From Pseudomonadota bacterium (GTDB lineage Bacteria; Bdellovibrionota_B; Oligoflexia; Oligoflexales; CAIYRB01), in contig JAPLFX010000121.1 of NCBI GenBank assembly GCA_026390445.1, positions 4,175 through 68,174 on the forward strand: 64,000 bases of DNA. Reading direction: 5' to 3'. Shown here piece by piece: positions 1 through 8,647 of this stretch; positions within the stretch are counted from its first letter, which is position 1, and every line of letters starts with the position of its first letter. The notes below the pieces were generated by a model. The model was given only the letters and a program-made list of their open reading frames with translations, did not search any database and was not told the DNA's origin. The translations under genes and the position numbers were made by a program.

Positions 1-378
1 CTTTCATTGGTTTGAATCATCAAACCGTCCTCCTAGAACGCAACTGATTGGTTAATCATCGACCGATATAACATCGTTAAACTCAAGGGTACCAAAGCTT
101 CTTTCCAGCGTAGACCAAATGCTGCACAGATCTAAGGCAACGATCCGTCGGATCCGTCCACCCCCCGTGACAAGCGTCCGGGTGATCCTGTACACCGCCA
201 TCACCATACACAAAAGCTGCCCGATAACCTAGAGCATACCGTATAATTGTCTGGCTAAGACCGCAAGTCCGAGCCTACCCCCGCTCAGCTTTTGCCCCGA
301 CCCACCGATAGACCCTTATCAACATCATCACGATCACCACGATCATCACGCCGCGTCGATGTTGCTGAGAGGAGTCGG

Positions 379-1752
379 ATGCACCGCCGCACAGCCCTAA
401 GCATCGCCCTCGTGGGACTTATGGACCTCGCTGCCCCGCTGCAGGCGAGGCCGGCCTTGGACCCAACGGCGGAGTTGGTCGATCAGCAAGAACCCTTGCC
501 AAGCGCCTTAAAACCGCTTGACTACCCGGCTGGACTGAGCATGCCGTGGCGTCTTTTACAGATCGATGCCCTCGACCAAGCCAAGACCACCGCCGCCCTG
601 CAAAGCAGCCAGGCGAAGCTCGCCGCGAGCTGGCTGGGCAAGCCGAGTTCGCTCAGTGCTTTTGTCGGCACGCGCCACGTCATCACTCTAAACAATAAAT
701 TAGTTAGCGATCAGATCCAGACCGGCACACCGACAGAGACCAGCGGTCGCCCTTCGGTGACGGTCGAACCAACGTGGTGCTCGTTGATGGACTATCATCT
801 GTTCTTCGTCACCGTCGCTGACACCAAGCTCAACACGCTGCTCGGTTCGGCGCATGCCGCCATCGCCCGCAAGGCGTGGGCCAAGATGAAGCCGGCACAG
901 CGCGACTCCTACCTCAGCACCAAGCTGCCAGAACTGGCGCGCAGCGCCCTGCAAGAAGCCGCCACCAAGAGCGCGCCAGCGAGCGATGCCTTACACGTCG
1001 GACTCAGTCTGGCGCGAGCCGTGACGCGCAGCGACGAAGGCGCCAGCGCCTGTCTCAATCTCCTCCTCGAACAGCAACTCGCCAGCCGCTACACCGTCGC
1101 CCGCTCCCTCGGCAGCGACCACCTCGCCCTCAGCCGCTGGTTGCTCGACCAGAGCCCAACACCCAGGCGTCCAACGCGCGTGCTGGAGCTCGACTGGACG
1201 CATCCACCCGAAGCGGAGATCGATCGCCACCTACCGACGACATTTACCGTCGATGCCCAGGTCATCGATGCCGTCTATGGCAAACACATTCCCGTGAAGC
1301 TTTCGAGCCAGATCCGCTGCCAGCAAAGCACCGACGGCGGCAACGGCGCCCGCATCGATTGCCAACCCGATCAAGCGATCGGTCGCCTGCTCGACGCTGA
1401 GGCGGCGAGTTTAAAGCTCAGCGACTGGCCACAGGTGGCCAAGGTCTACCGCGCCTGGGTCTACCTCGATCGCGGCCGAGCCTGGGGTCTCAAGATGAAT
1501 GACCGCGTCGTCGCCAGCGTCGATGGCAAGCCGGTGAAGGGACACGTCGTGCAGTTCTATGGCCCAGAGCAAAAGCTCAACTCACCGCGTGGCTTTCCCA
1601 TCCGCGAAGGTGCCATCGTCTACGTGCGACTGAATCAACAACTCGCGCGCAAAGGCATGACCTTTCAGATGGACCCACGGACCTTTCCGACGCCTTACCC
1701 CATCCCGAGCAACGGCGCGGCTGCAAGTGGATCAGGCGCAACCACGCCCTAG
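379..1752 (+). CDS. hypothetical secreted protein
   Basis: ORF 292..1752. An internal ATG at 379 is preceded by GAGAGGAG and followed by a signal-peptide-like MHRRTALSIALVGLMDLAAPLQA. No family recognised. Confidence 0.5.
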   Translation: MHRRTALSIALVGLMDLAAPLQARPALDPTAELVDQQEPLPSALKPLDYPAGLSMPWRLLQIDALDQAKTTAALQSSQAKLAASWLGKPSSLSAFVGTRHVITLNNKLVSDQIQTGTPTETSGRPSVTVEPTWCSLMDYHLFFVTVADTKLNTLLGSAHAAIARKAWAKMKPAQRDSYLSTKLPELARSALQEAATKSAPASDALHVGLSLARAVTRSDEGASACLNLLLEQQLASRYTVARSLGSDHLALSRWLLDQSPTPRRPTRVLELDWTHPPEAEIDRHLPTTFTVDAQVIDAVYGKHIPVKLSSQIRCQQSTDGGNGARIDCQPDQAIGRLLDAEAASLKLSDWPQVAKVYRAWVYLDRGRAWGLKMNDRVVASVDGKPVKGHVVQFYGPEQKLNSPRGFPIREGAIVYVRLNQQLARKGMTFQMDPRTFPTPYPIPSNGAAASGSGATTP

Positions 1753-1771
1753 GTTCGTCTAAACCTAGGGC
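1746..1771. terminator. bidirectional hairpin between convergent genes
   Basis: Perfect 10-bp inverted repeat GCCCTAGGTT (1746..1755) / AACCTAGGGC (1762..1771) with a 6-nt loop. It spans the stop codon of the upstream + strand gene and abuts that of the downstream - strand gene. No strong T-run. Confidence 0.35.
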
Positions 1772-1772
1772 T

Positions 1773-2645
1773 CTACAGCGGTTCGCCCAGCGCTTTCGGC
1801 GCGCGCGATTTACCGACGAATCCGGCCAACACGATGATGGTCAAGACGTAGGGTAAAATCTGGATAAACTGAACTGGCACCTTACCGAGCCCGGCGATCT
1901 CCAGCCCCTGAAGACGGATCTGCACGGCATCAGCAACGGCAAAGAACAAACAGGCAAACAGCGTCGGCAGCGGTCGCCATTTGCCGAGGATCAGCGCGGC
2001 AAGCGCCATGAATCCACGTCCTGAACTCATATTGCGCGAATAAGCGGAGGACAAGAAGATCGACAAACTAGCCCCGCCGCTGCCAGCCAAAGCGCCGGCA
2101 GCAAGGAGCGCGGTCCAGCGCACCCGTGCCACCGACACGCCCGCTGCGGCCAAGGCCTCAGGATGTTCACCAGCGAAGTTTAGCCGCAAGCCGGCCCGGG
2201 TCTTGCCCAGCACCCACCACAGCGCGACCGGTGCGACCAGGGCTAGCCCCATCGGGAAGACGACAAAGCGATGCGCCAACTCGATACTCGGCGTTGAACC
2301 GGTGACGTCATAGAGGATCTTGGCGACAAAGGGCGGAATCCCCGCAGCCAACATGTTGATGCCGGTGGCCGCAACGATTTGATTGGCCTTGAGTGGCAAC
2401 ACGGCCACGCCGTAAAGAGCTGCGAGCAAGATACCGGCCAAACTGCCGCCAGCAAGACCGAGCCACGGCGATCCAGTCGCGAGGGTCACCACCGCGGCGG
2501 CAAAGGCGCCGACCAGCATCTTACCTTCGAGGGCCAAGTTGATGACCCCGGAGCGTTCACTGAGCAAACCGCCCATCGCGGCGAGGAGCAGCGGCGTGGC
2601 GAGACGCAAAGTAGCGGCGGCGAGATCGAGTAGGTGCTCTCCCAT
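1773..2645 (-). CDS. ABC transporter permease (BMP/nucleoside-sugar type, second permease)
   Basis: Polytopic hydrophobic protein in an operon with a duplicated ATPase and a BMP-family binding protein. Start moved to MGEHLL (2645), 2 nt after the upstream permease stop. Confidence 0.7.
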   Translation of the reverse strand: MGEHLLDLAAATLRLATPLLLAAMGGLLSERSGVINLALEGKMLVGAFAAAVVTLATGSPWLGLAGGSLAGILLAALYGVAVLPLKANQIVAATGINMLAAGIPPFVAKILYDVTGSTPSIELAHRFVVFPMGLALVAPVALWWVLGKTRAGLRLNFAGEHPEALAAAGVSVARVRWTALLAAGALAGSGGASLSIFLSSAYSRNMSSGRGFMALAALILGKWRPLPTLFACLFFAVADAVQIRLQGLEIAGLGKVPVQFIQILPYVLTIIVLAGFVGKSRAPKALGEPL

Positions 2646-2647
2646 GG

Positions 2648-3733
2648 CTAATCCTTCACGCGCGTCGGTTTCATTGATTTGGCCGCAAGGCGGTGTCGAC
2701 GCCACAAGGTCAGGCCGCCCTCTGCAGACACGGCGAGGACCACCATGGCCTGGATCATCGCGGCGAGGTCTCTGGTGACATAGGTGGTTTCAAGATCGAG
2801 CTCGGCGGTGCCTTTTTGCAGGGCACCAAACAACAGGGCGCTGAACACCAAGCCGAGCGGATGAGCACCCGCCAACAGAGCGACGGGAATGCCTATAAAG
2901 CCGTAGTCAGGCGAGAAGCCGATGCGAAAGCGCCCGCTATTGCCCATGACCTCGGCGACCCCGACCAGTCCTGCCAAGCCACCGCCAAGGGTGAGGGCCA
3001 ACCATTGCTGGAAGCGCACGCTGATGCCGGACACCTGTGCTGCCTCTGGGCTCAGTCCCGTTGCAGTGAGCTTAAAGCCAGGAATGGTGAAGCGAAACAA
3101 CACCCAGACCAACACGGCAGCAGCCACTGCCATGGGCAGGGCCCAGGTCACTGGTGCATCACCAAACCAACTAAAATGCTGCAGTAAGTAGCTCGGGGCG
3201 ATGCGCGCCGACTCGGGGTTTTGCGAGTCGAGGCTCGGCAGCAAGGCGAGTACCGCCCAACCGGTGAGGCCGGCGGCGATGAAGTTGAGCATGATCGTGG
3301 TGATGACTTCGTGACTGCCGCGGTAGGCCTTGAGCCATCCCGGGATACTGCCCCAAAAGGCGCCGGCGGCGAATCCTGCCGTCACGGCAAGGAGGATGTT
3401 CCACGGTTGCGGCACCTGCGGACAGAGGATGCCCACTGCGGCGACCGCTAAAGCACCCATGTTTAGCTGGCCTTCGGCGCCGATGTTAAACAACCCAGCT
3501 TTAATCGGCAGTGCAACGGCGAGCCCGGTCAGGATGATCGGCGTCGTGTAGAACAGCGTCAGTCCGAGGTCGTAGGTCGAGCCGAAGGCGCCCTTGAGGA
3601 TCACCCTAAGGACATTCCAGGGCTGTTCTCCGGCCATTGCCGTGAACGCAACTCCGACGAGGAGACCGACCGATGCGGCGATCACCGGTCTGAGGGCTCG
3701 CCAGATGGCGTCCTTGGAGCGAGATTTAATCAT
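2648..3733 (-). CDS. ABC transporter permease (BMP/nucleoside-sugar type, first permease)
   Basis: Polytopic membrane protein. The ATG at 3733 (MIKSRSK) lies just after the ATPase TAA stop at 3726..3728. The ORF-track start at 3751 is also possible. Confidence 0.7.
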   Translation of the reverse strand: MIKSRSKDAIWRALRPVIAASVGLLVGVAFTAMAGEQPWNVLRVILKGAFGSTYDLGLTLFYTTPIILTGLAVALPIKAGLFNIGAEGQLNMGALAVAAVGILCPQVPQPWNILLAVTAGFAAGAFWGSIPGWLKAYRGSHEVITTIMLNFIAAGLTGWAVLALLPSLDSQNPESARIAPSYLLQHFSWFGDAPVTWALPMAVAAAVLVWVLFRFTIPGFKLTATGLSPEAAQVSGISVRFQQWLALTLGGGLAGLVGVAEVMGNSGRFRIGFSPDYGFIGIPVALLAGAHPLGLVFSALLFGALQKGTAELDLETTYVTRDLAAMIQAMVVLAVSAEGGLTLWRRHRLAAKSMKPTRVKD

Positions 3734-5330
3734 CGCCACGGGAGCCTCCACCCATAAAATGGCCGATCTTGGCCTCGTCGGCCTCGCCGCGCCGGAACTC
3801 CTGGACGATCTTGCCGTCGTAAAAGACGAGGATCCGGTCAGCCAGTGCCATGACTTCTTCCAGGGCCGACGAAATCAGCAGTACCGCAGTGCCGCCGGCG
3901 CGAGCATCGAGGATGCGCTGGTGGATAAACTCGATCGAGCCGACATCGACGCCACGCGTTGGTTGGGCACAGATAAAAAGTCGCGGGTCACCGATAAATT
4001 CGCGGGCGATGATCAGCTTTTGCTGATTACCTCCCGACAGACCCGAGGCGATTTGCTGCTGATCGGCGGGACGCACATCAAAGGCTTTGATCGCTGCAGC
4101 CAAAGCGCTGGTGACCTGACGGCGACGGATGAAACCAAAGCGGCCAAAGCGCGGCATCCGCTGGACACCGAGAAGAAAGTTCGTCCACAGACTCTGCGAA
4201 AGCAGCAGACCCTGCTGGCAGCGATCTTCAGGCACGACGCCGAGGCCCAAGGCCCGCAGGGCTTTTGCACTGAACGAGCTAACATCGCGACCGAGGACGC
4301 TGATCTCACCCCTGGCGGTGATGCGATGACCGCTACTGGCCCGGTGAAGATAACGCCCCGGATCGAGCAACAGTCGCAGCAGATCGGATTGACCATTGCC
4401 CTCAATCCCGGCAATGCCGACAATTTCACCACTGCGCACCACTAGGCTCAAATCGGCGAGCTTGGGCTTTTCGCCGCGCTGACCCATCGTGACCTTCGCC
4501 AGGCGCAGCTGCTCGGCGCCGAGTTTCGGACTCGGCGGCGGTGCGACCTGTAGATGCACGACGCGCCCGACCATCAGCTCGGCCAGCTCAGGCGCCGTCA
4601 TTCCGGCCACGGGCCGCTCGGCCACCGTGGCACCGCGCCGCAGCACGGTGACGTCGTCGGCATAGCGCAGCACCTCACCGAGTTTGTGGGTGATGACGAT
4701 GATCGTCTTACCCTGGTCCTTCAACCGGCATAGGTTGCTGAAAAACTCGTCCACCTCCTGCGGCGTCAGCACCGCAGTCGGTTCGTCGAGGATCAAGATA
4801 TCGACGCCGCGGTACAGCAATTTAAGGATTTCCAGACGCTGCTGCACACCGACTGGGAGCGTCTCGACCGGAACGTCGAGGTCGACTTGGAGGTGATAAG
4901 CCGCCATCAACTCCTGCAAGCGTCGGCGCGCCTGGGACCGATCGATCGGACGCCAAGCAGCCGGCAGCCAGCGCCAAAAACCCTGACTCGGCTCATCGCC
5001 AAGGATGATGTTATCCAGGCCGGTATACGGACCGGCTAGCATAAAATGCTGATGCACCATACCAAGGCCCGCGGCAATGGCGTCACGCGGAGAACGCCAG
5101 GCGCGAGCTTTGCCGTGGATCAATATCTCGCCACAGTCGGGACGGTAAAGGCCGTAGAGCATCTTCATACAAGTGGATTTACCGGCGCCGTTTTCACCAA
5201 CGACCGCGTGCACCGTGCCACGCTCGACGCGGATCGTGACATCGCGATTGGCGACGCATGCCCCGAAGGCCTTCGCGACACCACGCATCTCTACGGCTGC
5301 TGGCTGCGCCACGGCGCGCACTTGGCTCAC
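3726..5330 (-). CDS. ABC transporter ATP-binding protein with two fused ATPase domains
   Basis: Walker A GENGAGKST, Walker B ILILDEPT, a second-domain GIEGNGQS and the LSGGNQQK signature. The GTG start overlaps the upstream stop (GTGA). Confidence 0.85.
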   Translation of the reverse strand: MSQVRAVAQPAAVEMRGVAKAFGACVANRDVTIRVERGTVHAVVGENGAGKSTCMKMLYGLYRPDCGEILIHGKARAWRSPRDAIAAGLGMVHQHFMLAGPYTGLDNIILGDEPSQGFWRWLPAAWRPIDRSQARRRLQELMAAYHLQVDLDVPVETLPVGVQQRLEILKLLYRGVDILILDEPTAVLTPQEVDEFFSNLCRLKDQGKTIIVITHKLGEVLRYADDVTVLRRGATVAERPVAGMTAPELAELMVGRVVHLQVAPPPSPKLGAEQLRLAKVTMGQRGEKPKLADLSLVVRSGEIVGIAGIEGNGQSDLLRLLLDPGRYLHRASSGHRITARGEISVLGRDVSSFSAKALRALGLGVVPEDRCQQGLLLSQSLWTNFLLGVQRMPRFGRFGFIRRRQVTSALAAAIKAFDVRPADQQQIASGLSGGNQQKLIIAREFIGDPRLFICAQPTRGVDVGSIEFIHQRILDARAGGTAVLLISSALEEVMALADRILVFYDGKIVQEFRRGEADEAKIGHFMGGGSRGDD

Positions 5331-6355
5331 TTGGTATGGGCCAGCTTGTAGTAATCAGGCACCTGGACCTTACCGGCCAGGATCGCGGCTTTGGCAGCAT
5401 TGGCCTTGGCGATGACGTCTTTGCTGAGGATCTTCGCATTGAATTCATCGACGGCAAAGTCGACGCCCTGATCGCTCAAGCCATAGCGCGTGGTGCCTGT
5501 CTTATAAATTCCTTGTTTAGCATCGGCGATGGTTTTGAAGACGGCGAGATCGAGGCGCTTCAGTAAGCTGGTCAAGACGAAGCCGGGTTTGACCCAATTT
5601 TGGTTAGAATCGCAGCCAATCGCTAGCTTCTTCTTCTCCTCGGCGGCATCGAAGACACCGCTGCCGGTCGCACCCGCAGCGGCAAAGATGACGTCGGCAC
5701 CACCGGCGTATTGCGCCAAGGCCAGTTCTTTGCCCTTGGGTGGGTTGTTCCACGCCTCGCCGGTGACGCCGACGTAGTTGACGATCACCTGGGTTTTGGC
5801 GTTGGCGTGTTTGACTCCCGCCTCATAACCCATTTGGAAGCGGCGAATCAGCGGGATATCCATGCCACCGATAAAACCAACCTTGCCGGTTTTACTGCTG
5901 AGTGCGGCAATCATGCCGACGAGAAACGCGGCCTGATGCTCTTCGAACATCAAGGACTCGACGTTCGGCGCCTTGACCTCGGCGTCGGCGAGGACAAAAT
6001 GACTGCCGGGGTATTGAGCCGCCACCTTCTTGACCGCATCCGCTTGGCTAAAGCCGATGGCAATGATCAGATCAAACTTCTTGTCGGCCAAGGACCGGAG
6101 CATCGGCTCCGCTGAATTATCGTCGCGGCCTTCGAGGATTTTAGTCGTGACGCCGAGCTTCTTCTCAGCTTCCTGTGCCCCTTTGAACGCAGCGGCATTG
6201 AAGGACTTGTCGTCCTTGCCGCCCTTGTCGAGCACGATCCCGACGCGAAACGGCGCCGCCAAGGCCGATGGAGTCGCCACCGCTCCCACCAAGCCAGCTC
6301 CCAGCACCACCAAGACCAGGATAGGGACAAGACGGGACAAATGCCGGCAAAGCAT
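5327..6355 (-). CDS. BMP family (basic membrane protein / Med / PnrA-like) ABC substrate-binding protein
   Basis: Signal peptide, then FRVGIVLDKGGKDDKSFN and a FIGGMDIPLIRRF-type motif typical of BMP-family binding proteins. First gene of the 4-gene transporter operon. Confidence 0.8.
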   Translation of the reverse strand: MLCRHLSRLVPILVLVVLGAGLVGAVATPSALAAPFRVGIVLDKGGKDDKSFNAAAFKGAQEAEKKLGVTTKILEGRDDNSAEPMLRSLADKKFDLIIAIGFSQADAVKKVAAQYPGSHFVLADAEVKAPNVESLMFEEHQAAFLVGMIAALSSKTGKVGFIGGMDIPLIRRFQMGYEAGVKHANAKTQVIVNYVGVTGEAWNNPPKGKELALAQYAGGADVIFAAAGATGSGVFDAAEEKKKLAIGCDSNQNWVKPGFVLTSLLKRLDLAVFKTIADAKQGIYKTGTTRYGLSDQGVDFAVDEFNAKILSKDVIAKANAAKAAILAGKVQVPDYYKLAHTK

Positions 6356-6627
6356 GGAGGACCTCGATGTAACTATTGGATATGTTTATATATTTTTAGT
6401 TTCAGCGCCGTGCCGCACCATATCACAACAGGAACGAGATTGCATGAAAAATTGCAAAGGTCGAGCAAGCAATCGTCCTTTAGATTAAAATTTTATTATC
6501 AATCCAATTTTTCTAACATGTATTTTAAATTATATCTTATGTATTTGTTATGATGGCTATTATCACTACAATTCAAGCCTATCCCAAGATCCTCCGAATA
6601 GTGTCTTGCCTATAAGGAGGGCCAATA
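6356..6627. promoter_or_regulatory. AT-rich divergent intergenic/promoter region
   Basis: 272 bp between the divergent BMP operon and the lipoprotein gene. It is visibly far more AT-rich than the flanks (for example ttagattaaaattttattatcaatccaatttttctaacatgtattttaaattatatc). The RBS AAGGAGG lies just before the ATG at 6628. Confidence 0.4.
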
Positions 6628-7371
6628 ATGCAAAAACCAGTTTCATCTAAGCAACCGCAAGTTCAGTTTGGCAAAGGACTTCGAGTCTTCGGTGCGGTGG
6701 TCACCACGCTTGCAGCAACTCTAGCAGGCTGTGGAGGGCTTACGACGCTCAATTTGCGCAGCAAGCCTGCAAGTACTGAACCCGGTAGCAGCGCTCTCAC
6801 AAGCACTGCGGATGCAGCTGCTGCCGCCAAATGCGGGCATAAAGGCGACGGTAAAAAGGCCAAAAAAGGTAAGCACGGACAGAGTGGCTTCGCCCTCGCC
6901 GGAGCGACCGTGGTCACCTATGATGATCAAATTGCTGCGATCCTGAATCAAAGCTGCGTTGGTTGCCACAGTGGGATGGGTAGTTATAGCGGCGCTAAGG
7001 CCGACGGATCTAAGATCGTCAAAAGCGTTGCGAGCGGCAATATGCCCCCTGGCGGCCTGAGCGCTTCAGATAGACAGCTCTTTGCAAGCTGGCAGTCGGG
7101 TGGTTATTTGCAGTCGGCACCTGCGCCAGCACCGGCTCCTGCGCCAGCACCGGCTCCTGCGCCAGCACCGGCTCCTGCGCCAGCACCGGCTCCTGCGCCA
7201 GCACCGGCTCCTGCGCCAGCACCGGCTCCTGCGCCAGCACCGGCGCCAGCGCCAGCACCGGCTCCTGCGCCAGCTCCTGGAACGGGTACGTGCCAAGATG
7301 ACCATGATGCTGATGATGATCATCCACAAAAGGCAGGCGCCCATGCGCCTCACCGTCACAGTCAAGACTGA
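6628..7371 (+). CDS. lipoprotein with a single heme-c motif (planctomycete-cytochrome-c-like), Ala-Pro repeat and His/Asp-rich tail
   Basis: Lipobox LAGC. CVGCH (CxxCH) is followed by GNMPPGGLSASDRQLFASWQSGG, resembling the PSCyt1-type domain pattern. This is followed by 27 AP dipeptides and a C-terminal DDHDADDDHPQKAGAHAPHRH. Confidence 0.6.
   Translation: MQKPVSSKQPQVQFGKGLRVFGAVVTTLAATLAGCGGLTTLNLRSKPASTEPGSSALTSTADAAAAAKCGHKGDGKKAKKGKHGQSGFALAGATVVTYDDQIAAILNQSCVGCHSGMGSYSGAKADGSKIVKSVASGNMPPGGLSASDRQLFASWQSGGYLQSAPAPAPAPAPAPAPAPAPAPAPAPAPAPAPAPAPAPAPAPAPAPAPAPAPAPAPGTGTCQDDHDADDDHPQKAGAHAPHRHSQD
7117..7278 (+). repeat. in-frame tandem repeat encoding (Ala-Pro)x27
   Basis: The 18-bp unit gcgccagcaccggctcct occurs as six consecutive perfect copies at 7123..7230, followed by variants. 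Total length is 162 nt (54 codons), counted codon by codon. Confidence 0.95.
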
Positions 7372-7419
7372 TTGTTGCAGCTGGCTCGTCTAGGGCCGCT
7401 GCTTCAGCCAAAAACCAAA

Positions 7420-7460
7420 ACATAAAAGTCTCCTTGGCCACCCCAGGGGGACTTTTATGT
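7420..7460 (-). terminator. intrinsic terminator downstream of the host tRNA 3' fragment
   Basis: Stem ACATAAAAGTC (7420..7430) / GACTTTTATGT (7450..7460), extendable by 3 further pairs. On the minus strand it is followed by TTTTGGTTTTTGG. It lies 47 nt 3' of the CCA end at 7507. Confidence 0.6.
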
Positions 7461-7506
7461 CTTGATGACTTCTGTGCTGAGCAATGCAAACTGTGCGTCG
7501 ATCAGA

Positions 7507-7552
7507 TGGCGGTCGCGAGTGGAATCGAACCACTATCTGAGCTTTAGGAAAG
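7507..7552 (-). pseudogene. 3' fragment of split host tRNA-Arg(CCU), with junction core (attR-like)
   Basis: The minus strand reads CTTTCCTAA-AGCTC-AGAT-AGTGG-TTCGATT-CCACT-CGCGACC-G-CCA. There is no matching 5' acceptor strand upstream. It pairs perfectly with the 5' fragment at 17202..17165. Confidence 0.8.
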
Positions 7553-7990
7553 AAGCGTTATATCCACCCGGTATATGGCAGGGAGAGCGGCGTAAGGCAA
7601 GGCTTTTGGCCTCGGTGCTGCTTCCGTGCGACACCGTCGATGGCTTTTTTGTTGTGAGCCGAGCTGAGGGCCAGACGCCGGCGTGGGAGGTTCCCCAAGC
7701 CAGCCAGAGACGTGAAATCCCTTAATAATCTTTACGGAATAAAGTGGCTTAGTTTGATTTTTTTTAAAAAAATATATACCAATAAAATCAACTGATTAAA
7801 CTCGAGCCGAGTTCCGGCCCGTTCTTGGAGCCGAAAGGGTTCGCCCGCCCGGCTCACAAGCGGCATCATTGCGGCTGGTCAGCCTCAGACAAAGGTCTGT
7901 AATTAAGGTGACATGCAAGTAAAATCTCAAGAAATTCCTGGAAATTCCGAAGAGTTTATGCAAGACTAGGCTTGCCAGTTCGGGGATATT

Positions 7991-8263
7991 ATGAGTCAGG
8001 CCGCAAAAAATTCTAACCAACCTAGTCGCTTGGAGCGGAAGGCCCTGAGCTTTTTCCGTCGCACAAGGGGCATTTCCGATCTGCTGCCGATATACCGGGA
8101 GGCGATGGCGACGTACCCTGGACTGGGCGAGGATGCGGCCTTGGAGGCACTCTACACCTCCTGCGTAGCTGCCGAGCGTCGGCAAGCGGCCGACGTAGGC
8201 GACACCGCTACCTCGGAAGAGTTGGCAGGCATCGGCCGTTTAATCACCCTTCAGTCTCCGTGA
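7991..8263 (+). CDS. hypothetical protein (possible antitoxin partner)
   Basis: 90-aa ORF ending 12 nt upstream of the next ORF. Opposite strand to the rest of the element. GGGGATATT lies before the ATG. No family recognised. Confidence 0.35.
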   Translation: MSQAAKNSNQPSRLERKALSFFRRTRGISDLLPIYREAMATYPGLGEDAALEALYTSCVAAERRQAADVGDTATSEELAGIGRLITLQSP

Positions 8264-8275
8264 GTTCGGCAATCG

Positions 8276-8635
8276 ATGGCTGCAGCTTGGGATATTTATT
8301 GGCCTAAATCCGGCACCAAGTTCCTGATGGATCAGTCCGGCCGGGATCATATGATGCTAGTGGTCGGGGACCCTTACAGGTTCGGGGGTTATCCCTTTTT
8401 CCCCTTCATCCCGATTTCGCACACCCGTGCCGCTAATTACTGCGTGGCGCTGGCGGAAGCCGATGTCGCCCCCACTCAGGGCAGTCTTGGCGTCTCCAAT
8501 AGCTCTCATGCCTTATGCGGGTTGATTTTCACCGCCCGGGGTGACCAGTTCGGTACCCTGGTCGGCAAATTGACGAATAAAGCCAAAAAAGACGATATAT
8601 TAGAGGCGTTATCCAATCGGCTGGGGCTACTATAG
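8276..8635 (+). CDS. hypothetical protein, possible PemK/MazF-fold toxin
   Basis: 119 aa. The spacing pattern (W.IYW ... GRDHMMLVVGDP ... FIPISHT ... CVAL ... LCGLIFT ... GKL ... ILEALSNRLGLL) resembles the PemK/MazF architecture. By-eye only. Confidence 0.35.
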   Translation: MAAAWDIYWPKSGTKFLMDQSGRDHMMLVVGDPYRFGGYPFFPFIPISHTRAANYCVALAEADVAPTQGSLGVSNSSHALCGLIFTARGDQFGTLVGKLTNKAKKDDILEALSNRLGLL

Positions 8636-8647
8636 TCGATTCGACGC

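Noticed and set aside
242-247. TATAAT hexamer as the promoter -10 for the first gene
   Set aside because: There is no acceptable -35 element at 17-nt spacing (the sequence there is GCCCGA). This is too weak to report as a feature.
3594-4445. 283-aa plus-strand ORF, and many similar 60-190-aa ORFs antisense to annotated genes (for example 876..1400, 10491..11148, 20735..21139, 28739..29236, 43154..43714, 59927..60565)
   Set aside because: These are shadow ORFs opposite well-supported genes in GC-rich sequence. They have Arg/Pro/Gly-rich compositions, no RBS and no recognisable motifs.
7117-7278. Possible CRISPR array because of a regular short repeat
   Set aside because: The units are contiguous with no spacers, are in frame inside a CDS, and no cas genes are present.
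7019-7489. Long ORFs on both strands through the Ala-Pro repeat (7019..7489 -, 7066..7365 -, 7082..7393 +) encoding QEPVLA, RRSRCW or RQHRLL repeats
   Set aside because: They are alternative-frame and antisense readings of the same 18-bp tandem repeat. Only the 6628..7371 frame has an RBS, a lipobox and a recognisable domain.
7507-7582. A stand-alone complete tRNA gene at this locus
   Set aside because: The T arm, 3' acceptor strand and CCA are present, but the upstream sequence offers no GGTCGCG/GGTTGCG 5' acceptor strand and no pairing anticodon 5' strand. It is only the 3' half plus a decayed relic.
7796-8185. 129-aa minus-strand ORF in the element's distal end
   Set aside because: It overlaps the better-supported plus-strand ORF 7991..8263. 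It has no RBS, and its Arg/Leu-rich composition is typical of antisense frames.
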